A DNA stretch of 64,000 nt from Phoronis australis. Lineage: Eukaryota > Animalia > Phoronida. The notes beneath the pieces are model-generated. The model was not told the DNA's origin, ran no database searches, and saw only the letters and a list, made by a program, of their open reading frames with translations. Every line of letters starts with the position of its first letter. Position 1 is the stretch's first letter. Location: the NCBI GenBank assembly GCA_002633005.1, contig NMRA01000183.1:373553-437552 (forward strand). Reading direction: 5' to 3'. This document shows, one piece after another, positions 13,901 through 28,300 of this stretch. A program made the translations under genes and the position numbers.

Positions 13901-16900
13901 AACTGTCCCACTTGCAAGAGTGTCCCGCGACACACTCCCACTGGATGGTGACCTGAGCACCCAAACTGCTTACATCGTGTCGTGTGACTCCCCGCCAAAC
14001 ACCTGGCACCTTCTAAATAGCTCCAACACTTTAGACAAGTCCACAATAAACTTATCAAAGTTTGGCTCACCGATCTGTTCACTGGACGACGAACTGTCCT
14101 CTTCACTGGGTGTCGAACTGAGCCTGTAATCACTCCCACTACTCAATATCGCTGCAGGGCTGCTTAGAGGCTCTGGGCTGGAGAAAACAGCACAGGGCAA
14201 ATCACTACTGGTTCCAGGAATTGCACGCTCTGGGGTACGTTCGGAGGCACGGGTGACAGTAGATGAAGTGCCTCCACTGGCTCCAGTCACTGTACTGGCC
14301 ACAGCTCGGGAGGCTTCTCGCTTCAAAAACGCACTTCTCGGGGGTGGTGACGGGGCACTGCCGGGAATCAACAGACGGAATGGCATCTTTCTTCAAGCGT
14401 TGTTTCGCATGGACCTTCATCAGTTCAGTGTACAAATCCCTTTCGTAATCGGACGGCAGAAAGTGCTTGCCACACACACGGTAATTATCCACTGCTTTGT
14501 ACGTTGCGTGGACGGGTAAGGCTGCGTTCTTCACACGAACGAGCCAAGTACGGCGAAGTGTGTCATCCATCGGAAAGCGATGCAAAGGTACTCCCAAAGC
14601 GCGCGTGAGCCGATAATTAGTACATACTGGTACGCAGCAACAGTGTGGCATGTTGACTGACTAGTAAATGAAAGCAAACGACGACGGAACTTAACACAAC
14701 CGAGGTAAAACAATGACTGACTCGGCAGCTCTCGCAGTCAGACTATATGAAAAGAAATTAGCGCGAAATGCTTGCCTCCTAAAACGTCACTTCCGGAGTA
14801 GCGGACGCGTAATTAATAAAATTACTAAAAGCTGTAATTAAGTGGAAAATATGTCTAGGATAACCAACCAACTTTATTTTAGCTCAAAATGACATGGAAA
14901 AGGGTTGCCTTCGCCTTTGAAGTGCTTGGTATTTCCAAAATTAGTGGCACAGTATTGCTTTTAACAGATGTACCATTAATACTGTAATGTTACTTGAATT
15001 GCTTGTTACTTCCACAAGTAGCGGCACAGCGTTGCTTATAACAGATGTACTATGGTACTATAACTTTAATGTTATTTGAAGTGCTCGGTACTTCCACAAG
15101 TAACGGCGTAGTACTGCTTATAACAGATGTACTATGGTACAATTAATACCGCCAATGCTGCAAATAGATGACAGTATCAATGTTGTTACTGTTATTGCTG
15201 CTGTTATTAATTACTAGCCCTAGACTTCAATAGGGTGTTTCATCTTAACCACGCCCCTGCTTTCACTACTGTACCCAGTGTTGCGATGGGGTTAGAGTAC
15301 CTTGTCGTGTTAGCTACAGTATCAGTAAAAGAAGCTTTTTTCAACGCACCTTCACACTTGCCCTGGTACTCTATGTATCCTTTGTCACATTTGCACGTTT
15401 TGGTCGGTTTATCACAGGTGGCGTGGGATTTGCATGACGCACCTCCTGACTCACAGGGAACTACCCACACGTCTTAAAAGATAATGCAACATAGATGAGT
15501 GTGGTCTTAAAGTGGACCATTAATGCAGGAGGCTTTTGAGAAAGAAAGGTGTAAAAGGATTCAAGCTGACGCACGCGAGTCGGCGTGAATGTGTTCTCAG
15601 GAATCTCAAACATTGCACCTTTGTGTGTTCGTGTAAAATCAAGAGCTAGTAAAAGTAAAAAATAGCCTGAGCAATTTTTGGGTTTGAAAGAACTTTTGCA
15701 GGGATTTGACATCTTAGATTGTGAATTTCTAAAAAAGAAGACTCGCAGGGGGTAGGCACCGTTTCGGAGAAAAGAAATGAAAACGTGAACATGATGCGTT
15801 CTTTCTGATGTAGCCGAAAAATGTAAATCATACCACACTGACAAATGTGGCTAATAAAGCTTATATATTTGCGTACCAGGACAGGACATAATTTACTGAA
15901 AGTTCAAATGATATGCATATTTCCTCTACAGTGTATCTGCTGGCTGCATCGTCTCTATCTTTTTAGAAGCAGTGTTTGACGCCGTGTCGGGTCGAAATGT
16001 AAAATGGTAGGAAAGAAATCATTACAAAATTTTAACAAAATACATCAAGTTTTATTGCTGCGAAGTATCGAAACAAAGGTTCAAGGTTGTTGAAAGTACG
16101 ACTTGTTGGAAAATTTCTGGCACACCTGTTTCATATACGTAGCAGCAACAAGCCGTGGCCAAAGTATTTCACGGCAGCCACCATTTGTCTCTACATGTAC
16201 TGTATGTATTGGAAAGCAACTTACCCTGGCACGAGCCTTGGTAGTTTACGTATCCCGCCTTACATTTACATTCTTTGCTTGCTTTAACGCAGAAAGAATT
16301 AGCCGGGCATTGTGTCCCGCCTGATTGACACGGAACTTTAGCTGCCTCTGAATAAAACAGTATCAACAAGTAAGACTCACAAATTAAAACAAATATTGGT
16401 TAAAACAATTTCCTTTAACAAAGTATTGCTACCTCAACACATTAACTCAAATTAAATGTTTTTTAAAAAAGTATTTTATCTATTTTATTCATTTCGCCGC
16501 ATTATGAAAATCATACGATAGTGACACATGTTGCTAACACTGTTCTGTTTACCAGGACTGTATGCATACTTCCTCTTTCAACTGCCTGCATCGTATTTAT
16601 CCTTTGTTACCCGCAGTGTTTTGTGTGTTGTCGGGTCAAAAGTTCAAAATGTAAAACGTAGGAAAGAAACAATAACTGTACAAAACATATCAAGTATTTA
16701 TTGCTACGAAGTGTCAAAATATGTGTTCAAACTTGTAGAAAGTACGACTTGTTGGAACATTTCTGGTATACCTGATAAATATAGCAACAAGAAGACGTGG
16801 GTAAAGTTTCTTCACGGTAGCCATCATTTGTATCTACATTTGATATATATGTATTGAAAAACAACTTACCCTGGCAGGAACCTTGGAATTTTACATATCC

Positions 16901-19338
16901 CAATTTACATTTACATTCTTTGGTTGATGGATTGCAGACAGAATTAGCCGGGCATTGTGTTCCGCCGGATTGACACGGAACTTTAGCTGCCTCTGAATAA
17001 AATATTATAAACAAGTAAGGCTTACAAACTAATACAAATGTTGGTTAAAACAATTTCCCTCAACGGAGTATTCAGGTGTTGCTACCTCAACACATCAACT
17101 AAAAATACGCGTTTTTAAACATTTATTTTTCTTTTTTTACAAGAATTTGTTCCAAATTTAATCTGAACCGAAAAGATTGGTATAAAATTACACGTGTATA
17201 GCACACGACATTGTATTGCAAAATGTATGCAGAATACTCAAGTCGGTTGCCATGAACCCGCACGCTCTACCCTGGATTCCTTAACCCCCCAGGACCCCAG
17301 ATTGGGCTTATTCTATATTTTGGCTAAAATTCACAAACAAAACAACGCAGGCAGGCCGATTGTCTCTGACATAGGTAAGCTTACTGAAAATATCTCGGGT
17401 TACATTTCCAGCTTACTGAATCCTGTTGCCAATAGTGATAAATAGTATGTTTGGGATATTAGTGATTTTATTCATAAACTCAAAAATTTGCCTACCGATA
17501 CTGAGGGTAGTCTTTTGATCCCTATGGATGTCAGGTAGCTGTATACCAACATACCGCACCAGGATACGATTAACTGATATTTTCCTCTACCAGCTGCCTG
17601 CATAGTATTCATCCTTTTTTAGCCAGAGTCTTTGACATGTTGTCGGGTCAAAATGTGGAAATGTATGAAAAAATATCATAAAACTGAACAGAATATATCA
17701 AGTTTCTATTGGTTTGAAATACAGCCAAAACAAGGGTTCATTCTTGTTGAAAGTACGACCTGTTGGGAAATTTGTGGTATACAGTACCTGACATAGATAG
17801 TAGAAACAAGCCGTGGCTAAAGTTTTTCACGGCAGACAGCATTTGTTTCCACATGAAGTATATGTATTGGAAAGCAACTTACCTTGGCACGAGCCTTGGT
17901 AGTTTATGTATCCCGCCTTACATTTACACTCTTTGCTTGCTGGATGGCAGACAGAATTAGCCGGGCATTGTGTTCCGCCAGATTGACACGGAACTTTAGC
18001 TGCCTCTAAATGAAATATTATAAACAAGTAAGGCTTACAAACTAATACAAATTTTGGTTGAAACAATTTCCATCAACAAACAATTGCTACCTCCAGACAT
18101 CAAATAAAAATATATGACTAAATATATATTTTATATTTTTCTTACAATAATTAAAATTCTTCGTGTTCGTCCCCGCAAACTTTGATATAAAACAAAGAGA
18201 CTGGTGTAAAATGACACATATAGCACACGACATTGTATTGCGAGGTGGATGCAAAATACAAGAAGTGTGTCTACTCGTAGTCTGCATGATACTGAAGGAC
18301 ACCAGTCCCACATAATACCATAGCATACGTAAAGCAAGTTCATTAGACACGACCTTTGTCAATGCCCGTAAAATTTAATGATGTTATTGTTTACATTAAT
18401 ACATAATTATAAAACTAGCTTTTTCAACGAAATTTCAGCTAACTCCAACTCAAGTCTTTCGTAATCCTGAAATCTGCAGGGTTGTGTAAAGGTAAAACTG
18501 TTAAACCTAGTAGACAAAATTATGGTTTCACCTGAATGCTAAGAAAACCATAGAGATTAGCTGTTCAATAGAACAGTTACTTTTTCTGAAACAGTAGAAT
18601 GTCCATAGACTTAGATGTATAGTATTGTCAATACTTAGAACATGTGAACGTGTCCTTGTAGCAAAGTTTTGTAAATTGTGTACGTTCACAGCAAACTAAC
18701 TTGATCAATTACATGACGAGTTTTCATGTGATAAATGTTCAAGAAAAAGTCTCAACACACTGTTACAATTCCTTAAAATGTTTTCGATTCGTTTTATGCT
18801 TTAGGAAATCAGTAATTTGCTTAAAAACGTCGACAGCTATTAGAAGTAAAAAAGTCGCTCCAGCAGTTTTCAGGAATGGATGGACTTTTACGTGGAATTC
18901 ACATCTAGAATGACAATTTCTAAACGGGAGACTTGCAAGCACTAGGCACGGTCTCGGAGAAAAGAAATAAAAGCGTGAACATGGTGCGTTCTTTTTGATG
19001 TAGACAAAAATGTAAGTCATACGAAAATGACGAATGTATCTAACGTTATTTATATATCTGTGTACCAGGATATGATTTACTGATATTTTCCTCTATCAGC
19101 TGCTTGCATGGTATTCATCCTTTTTTACCCACAGTCTTTGACATGTTGTCTGGTCAAAATGTGAAAATATAGAAAAAATTATCCTACAACTGAACAGAAT
19201 ATTGCAAGTTTTTATTGCTATGAAAAACAGACAAAACTTGTGTTCAAGATGATGAAGGTACGACGTATTGGAACATGTCTGGTACACGTGATATATTTAT
19301 ATATATATGTATATGTATATATATATATATGTATATGT

Positions 19339-19379
<41 letters not shown>

Positions 19380-22300
19380 GTATGTATGTATGTATGTATG
19401 TATATATAGCAGCAACAAGCCGTGGCTAAAGATTTTCACGGCAGACAACATTTGTCTTTACATGTACTATAGTGTATGTATCGGAAAGCAACTTACCCTG
19501 GCACGAGCCTTGGTAGTTTACGTATCCCGCCTTACATTTACACTCTTTGCTTGCTGGATGGCAGACAGAATTAGCCGGGCATTGTGTCCCGCCAGATTGA
19601 CAGGGAACTTTAGCTGCCTCTGAATGAAATATTATAAACAAGCAAGGCTTACAAACTAATACATAAGTTGGTTGAAACAATTTCCATCAACAAACTATTG
19701 CTACCTCCAGACATCAAATAAAAATATATATCTAAATATATATTTTTTATTTTTATTACAAAATTCTTCGTGTTCGTCCCCGCCAACTTTGATATGAATC
19801 GAAAAGACTGGTGTAAAATGACACATATAGCACACGACATTGTATTGCGAGGTGGATGCAAAATACAAGAAGTGTGTCTACTCGTATTCTGCATGATACT
19901 GAAGGACACCAGTCCCACATAATACCTCTTTTTATGCTTTAGGAAATCAGTAATTTCCTTAAATACGTCGAGAGCTAGTAGAAGTAAAAAAGTCGCTCCA
20001 GCAGTTTTTAGGAATGGATGGACTTTTACGTGGAATTCACATCTAGAATGACAATTTCTAAACGGGAGACTTGCAAGCAGTAGGCACGGTCTCGGAGAAA
20101 AGAAATAAAAGCGTGAACATGGTGCGTTCTTTTTGATGTCGACAAAAATGTAAGTCATACGAAAATGACGAATGTATCTAACGCTATTTATATATTTGTG
20201 TACCAGGATATGATTTACTGATATTTTCCTCTATCAGCTGCTTGCATGGTATTCATCCTTATTACCCACAGTCTTTGACAAGTTGTAAGGTCAAAATGTG
20301 AAAATATAGGAAAAATTATCATAAAACTGAACAGAATATTGCAAGTTTTTATTGCTATGAAATACTGACAAAACTTGTGTTCGAGTTGGTGAAGGTACGA
20401 CGTGTTGGAACATGTCTGGTGATACATATATATATATATATATATGTATGTATGCATGCATGTATGTATGTATGTATATATAGCAGCAACAAGCCGTGAC
20501 TAAAGTTTTTCACGGCAGCCAACATTTGTCTTCACATGTACTATATGTATTGGAATGCAACTTACCCTGGCACGAGCCTTGGTAGTTTACGTATCCCGCT
20601 TTACACTTACACTCTTTGCTTGCTGGATCGCAGACAGAATTAGCCGGGCATTGTGTCCCGCCAGATTGACACGGAACTTTATTTGCCTCTGAATAAAACA
20701 TTATAAACAAGTAAGACTCACAAACTAATACAAATGTTTATTAAAATAATTTCAATTGATAAATATTGCTACCTCCAGACATCAAATAAAAATAAATGCT
20801 CAAAAATTTATTTTCACTGTTACTACAATAATTAAAATGTTCCTCGGTTTTTCCCGTCAATTTTGATATGAAACGAGCAGACTGGTGTAAAATGACACAA
20901 ATAGCACACGACATTGTATTGCAAGGTGGAGGCAAAATACAAGAGGTCGGTTTACTCTTAGTAAAATCGTCGTTTGGAGGATACTGAAAGACACCAGCCC
21001 CACGTAATACCATAGGCTATATAAAGCAACTTCACGACCTTCTTCAATTTCCGTATAATGCATTGATGTAATTATTCAGGCTATTGCATATAAGACTAGC
21101 TTTTTCAATGAATTTTCAGCTAACTCCAACTCAAGTTTTTCGTAACCCTGAAATTTGCAAGGTTGGGTAGGTACAACTGTGAAACCTAGCAGACAAGTGT
21201 GTGGATTCAGCTGAATGTTAAGAAAACCATAAATATAAGCTGTTCAAGAGAATCCCTTTTCTGAAGCAGTAGAAAGTCAATCGACTTAGATGTATATCAT
21301 TATACCAATTTATTAATAATTACGTCATTGTAAATTAAGTACATGAGGCCAACTTGATCAATTACGTAACGAATTTTCATGTGATAAATGTTGAAAGATG
21401 AAATCACAAAACACTGTTGCAATTTACTAAAATATTTCCTTGTCGCTTTATGCTTATAAAATCAATCATATTTGCTTAAAAACCTCGAGCAAAAGCTGAG
21501 CATTTCAAAAATAACGGCATTTTGCAAGAAAGCATAGCGTGTAAAAGTTTCCCAAGAATCCAATCTTTTCTTAGATATGACGTTCAACCTAAGGAAATGT
21601 AATTTTAATAAAATTATTCCCAAAGAAAGAATGATACACCCGACATGGTATTGCACGGTGCACTAAAGACAAGGAAATCTTAAGTGATTAGAAGGCCAGG
21701 TGTTAACTGAACTGTTGAGACAAACCAGCGGAGCTGCTTACATGCTCTGTGCCAGAACTATCTAAGATGTTCGACGAGACAGGCTGTGTTTGAACAATTC
21801 GAAAGTAAATTCATAAGTAGTTTTCTAGTGCATGAGTTTTAAAGGGCAAGCACTTTGGCAGTAACTAAGCACCTCTTGTCTACCGCTGAAGTGTTCAATT
21901 GCAGACTTAAATGAGGCATTTCAAAATGAAAAAGAAACGTTTCAAAATCAACGGATGCATTTCAACGGTATGTTATAGTATATACATGTTTAAAACGCGT
22001 GCAATTTACGAGCATTGCACCCAGAAAAAAAAAACAATTAGTTAAATATCAATGACTCAAAAGAAAAATATCGACCTCCAGCTTAATGAAACTGGAATTA
22101 CTAACGAAAGACCTTCATAACATTTGTATAACGCAAACGCACGTGCACGCACATACACACATGTGAGATTAGATACATTGTAGATAGGGAGATACAGAGA
22201 GAGACAAACGAACACAAAGCCAGACAGACTGACAGATACAGCGGTGGACAGATCGATAGCTTGTGACAAGCCGGTCTAACCCTTTATTCCGACAGTCAAC

Positions 22301-25300
22301 ATTTCTCTGAGTCGAATAGAATACCTTTACTGAAAAGCAACTTACCCTGGCACGAGCCTTGGTAATCTACGTATCCTGCATTACATTTACATTCTTTACC
22401 AGCTGGATCGCAGACTGAATTAGCCGGACATTGTGTCCCGCCAGATTGACACGGAACTTTAGCTGTCTCTGCATAAAATATTTCAGACATGTAAGACTCA
22501 CAAACTAAAGAAATATAGTTAACAGAATTTTCCAAAAGAAGAGTTGCTACATATCACACGGTACATTTAAGTTACTGAAACGTAAAGTGGTTAAAAATGC
22601 AGTGTAAGTAATCGTCATCTGGATGACAATTATAGCCTCACGTGAACATTAGCTATAAGTTATAGTGAAGCAGATCCATTTGATAAATTATTTGCCAATT
22701 TCCGTATTATGTTATTGTTTACATTATTACATATTAGACCAGCCTGTACAACCAACGAATTTCGAGCTAAATCCGACAAACGTCTTTTTATGGCAAAGGT
22801 TACATTGTATGTTTTCGACAAGTCTGAGCATTTAGGCAAATAATAAGGAAACTTTAGAAATAAGCTTTTCACCCGCAAATTACATTTAGTAACCTAGAGC
22901 GGACTCTAACATAAAACATTAAAATTGTTATCACTTCTGCACCCGTTCACAACTGACCTCAATCTAAGACTATATTACCTACTCCCAGGCTCAATGCACG
23001 CCAAATTTAGCACAACGGATACTTTATTTTTCTCATTAATCCTCATGACCACTTTTCTTTGACTGATATCTGGGGCATGTCAATTTCCGTGCGACGCACT
23101 TTTAACCAATTATATACTTCTAACTGTAGAGTCTAAATGAGCGATAGACCATTTTTGGGTTGAGTCTTTTCACAGCACGTATACTCATTAAATTGTACCT
23201 CGCCAGTATTCACATTAGAATACGAAAACTTTATGTGATCAGTTAGCTTGCTCAGCTTGGTAGGTCAGATACCGAAATTGGCAACAACTGGGACGATTAT
23301 GTCCAATTCCTGAGCATGTAAGTAGGCAAGATGTATAAGTTCATATGAAGCTTGTAAGTTTTCAAATAATAATCTCATACAAGCTACAGGCAGAACCAAG
23401 AAATCATCTACTGGCAGAGTTCGTCTGTCATCGGTAATATGGCGCGTGAATTTCATACCAGAATATACATGGGATATTAATTTTCTTCAAGCAATCCAAG
23501 TTTAAGCAAGCGGAGAAGTTCGCGAGACCCTGGTCTTGCTTAAGCAATAACGTCATCTTCTTCACTTCATGATTGGTTATATGTATGTGAGCATTAGTTC
23601 CAGTTTCACGAACAGTCAAAATCATTATTTGTTCAAGCACACTTGGCCACAAAAATGCTTGAAATATCAGCCAATCAGAGAGTGCGGTTCAAAAACTCAA
23701 AGATCACTTCCAAATTAAATAGGTCAGGATTAGATGCCTATGGGTATGTACAGTGCTTTAAGCTTTGCCTGGAATTCCTAATCAATGCATTGATTCCGCC
23801 ATATGTTTTCTTCGGGGAGATTTGTTGCATAGAAAGCTTGCATTTATATATAACCATGGTAATAAAGTGACCAATATTGTACACGGAATCATCGTGAGCG
23901 GAAAAGTGAAAAACACGACAAATAAAACCGTTCACGGAACACAAATAACCGAATTAGCGCCAAGGAGCAGTACTGGCGGAGGTAATGGTAGTGGTATTTA
24001 GTCGTAGCAGAAAGACTGTAGCCACTAGTTGTTTTTACTACTGCTCCCAGTGGGGAGATGGTTTTAGAGAAATTGGTTTTGTTCGTTATAGCAATATTTT
24101 ATTTTAGTCCCACCTAGACGCATGGCCTGGTGAGCTTTCAAAATGTTTCATACTTGCGAGGAATCGACATTTGTTCAGCCTTCATATCATCCGAAACTTA
24201 ATCAGAACAGGAAAACCCTATAACACAAAAATGTTACACGCAGGGTCCCATGGTGATGACATATTGTCACCTCTTCATTCATACTATGCAAAATCACTGG
24301 TAATTCTTTGAACAACTATTACAAGCACCCGATCTACTCCTGGATTAAACCTCAATTGGATTTACCATAAAAATTCCACAATTAAAAGTCAACTCACCTT
24401 GACATTTTCCTTGGAACCTTATGTAACCCTGGTTGCATTTACACTGTTTTTCAGTGGTATCACAGGCAGAATTTGCTGGACAATTAGTACCACCCGAACC
24501 ACAAGGGACTGACGTAATAGCTGCAAAGTAACACTGATAAACAATGAACAATAAAACAATTGAATACGCAATGATGGAATTTAACTAATCGGGATTGCCT
24601 TTAATTTGAGGAAACTTGACTAATCCACTCAGACATTGCCCAACTACATGTCGTGAACATTTAGAGCCGTAGATTAAACCACCCTGTTTATCTGGATGGG
24701 AATTTATGCATGTTTTTGTCTATGAATTTCATGCACGTTTAGTGTTGCAGTGGCCATTTCAAAAATTCCAATTTTCAACTGTCAACGGTAGAAAAGAAGC
24801 TCATTTTATTTGGTAAGCAATTCCTTTGATAGGACTAGAAGAGCTCGAGTCACTTTCAGAGTCCCTTAAACGAAGTTGTGCTTAATTATTGAGAAATGGT
24901 AGTGTTCCTCCTAAAAGATGAACCCGCTACGAACTTTGTAAATTCTGTGTTTCTAACCCTCAAACAGTGTAAAGAAGGCTAGAAAGTAAAGTTCACACTC
25001 CGTAATAAAAAGAACTACAGAAAATTTAAGTCTAGGCAAGACATCAAATTATTCAATATCTATACAAACCAAGAGTGTGGATATTGACTGGGTTCTGCTA
25101 TGTTGAAAAAGGCCAAAAAGGCTAACCAACTGTAGCGTACCTAACCCCAAGAGAAATTCAGTAACACAAATGGTGATAGCAAATGAAATTATTGTCTTTT
25201 AAATGACAACATGATGCTTATGACCGTCAAAGAAAAATCAATGGTCATGCAACATTATGTTGCCATGTGATGCAGAAACATCGATCTAGTGTACGACAGG

Positions 25301-28300
25301 TCTCGAAATTTCCAAGAGGTTTGGCACGTGTCATAACCTGAGACGGGCTTAGAACTCTTTTCGCAGATGAACCGTAAAAACGATCTTTTTGTCGAAAAAC
25401 TCAACGTGTCTAAAACTCTCAACCGCATGACGCAACTTTTGTAAAAACTCGCTTGCGCATTAATTCCAGTTACTTATTTTGAAATTAAAATTTGTAAATT
25501 GATTTATAGCTTTCGTAACAAACATTCAAGATAGAATCTAATAAATACTCTTTAAAACTTATCAACTGTTTGTAAGTAAGTCAGCAGGGCTTCCCAGCAC
25601 GAATAAAGAGAAAGACAGCACAGATAATCAGTCTCTCCGCGTTTCTTGAGTTGGAATTTGTCTCCGTTTGAATGAACATGGATATAGAATTCGCCGCCGA
25701 ATATGGGTCCGTTTAAGAATTTGTTTGCATGTTCTTCAGATTCAGAGTACGTACAGCTGCGACAACCAATTCGTCAATCATTAGCCACATCGGCCTTCAC
25801 GGAATTCCGGCATTGCTTAGTTGCTGGTTTTAGTGTTTTGTAGACGATAAAATGTAATGCGTATTGAATTCTACGCCCATGTAATAACAAAACATTTACG
25901 TACTCTATGTTATGAACCAGTTGTGTCGTAACAGATTCCAATTCATGTGAGAAAATGAGTGTCTCACACCAGATCTGATGTAATTTGAGTCATCGTACAA
26001 AACAGGAACTGTGGTCACCAGGCCAACTGCTCACAGTGTACATGTACACTCGAGCAGAACAGCTTTTTATTCGTTTGCATTACAGCCGATGGGCTATTTT
26101 CAAATCTCAAAAAGGATACATGTATCCAATAAGGAACAAAGTGCCCTTCTAGTCATTGGGAAGCGACTGAATAAATATTTGTCTCAAAATTAAAATATCA
26201 TAAACAGAAACAGTCTATTGGCATGCATGTTTGTTCGTTATTTGCCGATATTACTAGGTACATGTAATATCATGCATTGTCGTGTAAAAAATACCGCGCC
26301 TGGATACATGAGGAGATAACTTGGCCAAAGCTTTAAGCTAAGGCGCTAGTGTTGGCTTAAGAAATAAACTTAATAGCGTTTGCACAGGTAAGTCGATTAG
26401 ACAATGGAAATTGTTCACCTCGAAAGAACATGTTTATTTCTTAAGCCAACACTAGCGCCTTAGCTTAAAGCTCCGGCCAAGTTATCTCCTCATGTATCCA
26501 GGTGCGGTATGTTCAACTTACCTGTGCAAACGTCATTGAATCTCATAAAACCAGCCTTGCACTGACATTTTTGATTGGCTGTGTTGCAGAGTTCATTCAC
26601 GCCCGGGCACAATGTTCCGCCAAACTTGCATTCAACTTTTGTGACTTCTGTAAAGAAAGCGGGTATACACGGCGATTCGTTTCCCTCATACAAGGCAAAG
26701 GCACTTACAGATCTGGGATGTTGCAACAAGGTAGAACCCATATTATGGAGGGGAAGTGTTCGTTTCAGTCCTAACTACAGCGTGGAAGCAGCGTTTGAAA
26801 GACGCAAGATGGTATCAAAACCTTCTGGAAGTGCACGGTGGGGGCCTTGATATCTGGGAAAACTATGAGAAGTACAGTGTGCACACGATTGCTCACCGGG
26901 CCGGCAAGTCTCAACTCTGGTGCGGAATTTATCTGTCTGCAATTGCAATAGGCATTAAATCCAAGAGGTGTCATAAGTTAAAAATTATTGAGATCCAAAG
27001 ATAGGCATCACAAGGTCACTTCAGGTGAAATCATTTGTGGCGCCTTCAGCACATCTTTTAATGACTTATTTCTCACAACATCAACTCAAACTGACCACTC
27101 GTGGCACTTAATTGGGCTTTTAAGCGGCGACCCCTGTAGGTTGGGCGAACAGTGCGAACTTTCCTCCAAGACTAAGATTTTATGCACAATGCATTGAATT
27201 ATGTGACACATCTATTTCATTCACCAGCTCCCTGCGTATCATAATTCTTATAGACCAATTTTCCAATTAACACAGTCAACACGTGTTAAGTAAGAACACA
27301 AATTCTACATCCAGGTAAGTTCTTAAACGTTCTTTATGTTTGAAATGGCTCAGTGAAACCATTGAATCTTGGAACTTTTTGTACATTTGAGATAGCCTGC
27401 AAAAAGCTCTAGGATAAGGCTTTATTTCAGCACCCAATGTTTGTCTCGAACATTTCTATTGGAAAGCAACTTACCCTGACATGTTCCTTGATAGAGTACG
27501 TATCCCGAAATACAGTTACAATCTTTGCTTGCTGTGTCGCAGACAGAATTAGCCGGGCATTGTGTCCCGCCAGATTGACACGGAACATCAGCAGTCTCTG
27601 AATAATTTTTTTTAAACAGGCATGACTTTCAAACCAATTAAATGCTGTTGTACAATATATTCCTCAATGAGGGCTGTTACTTAAATATGCAAAGTAAAAA
27701 ATATTCAATTACAAGTTAGCGTTTGTTGTAATTTTGGGCTAACAGGAAAGAGTGGAGTAACCGATGAAATTTGATAAGGTGCTGCACGGTGCATTAAAGG
27801 TCCTGGAAAGCAAAGTGCATAACAAAAATAATCGTCAACTAGAGTACACTATATTTACCAGAAGCACGTGATTAGCAGCCATAAGTGTGTGTGTGTGTGT
27901 GTTTGTGTGTGCGTGTGTATGTGTGTGCGTGTGTGTGTGTGTGTGTGGGTATAACAACGCCAGTCTCTGTAAGGAATTTCCACTCATGAGATAAATCCGA
28001 CATTTCCAACAGAATTTAAATGTGATGTATTTGGTACCTCATCGATTATTCGGTGGATTTACCCAAATACCAAAAACACATTCTCTGAAACTAGAAAGCT
28101 TGTATACTTAGACTATGCAAAAATAACAATCTGTCGAAAGTTAATCATGTAGCAATGTCCTTTAGTGAAATTCAGGAAAATACATTGGCATCACATTTCT
28201 TTCACCACAAACATAATTACAATATTACTTTTTATTTCCTCAGTTAAAATTTTCTAATTAGCGCTTCAATTTTTGTCATGCGGAATATTACGCAAAATTT

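Larger units (their letters stand above)
13228..14916. mobile_element. Internally deleted Kolobok DNA transposon with about 155-bp TIRs and convergent KolX-like (+) and THAP-transposase (-) remnants
   Basis: AGGCGAAGGCAACC...GGTTGCCTTCGCCT termini; TIRs 13228-13383 and 14761-14916; flanked by duplicated TTGAA. Confidence 0.85.
12960..15150. repeat. Degenerate 70-80-bp minisatellite split by the Kolobok insertion
   Basis: taatactgtaatgttacttgaagtgcttggtacttccacaagtagtggcacagtattgcttataacagatgtac copies at 12960-13227 and 14917-15150. Confidence 0.85.
15560..22560 (-). repeat. Recent tandem duplications of an exon+intron unit (six near-identical module exons)
   Basis: Intron blocks near-identical, e.g. 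18790-19290 vs 19930-20425 and 18010-18320 vs 19625-19925; exon spacings 645, 1013, 1614, 1069 and 1780 bp. Confidence 0.92.

Noticed and set aside
16225-22468. Cluster of separate small toxin/defensin genes
   Set aside because: No unit has its own start, signal peptide or stop; each is bounded by phase-1 splice sites at identical positions.
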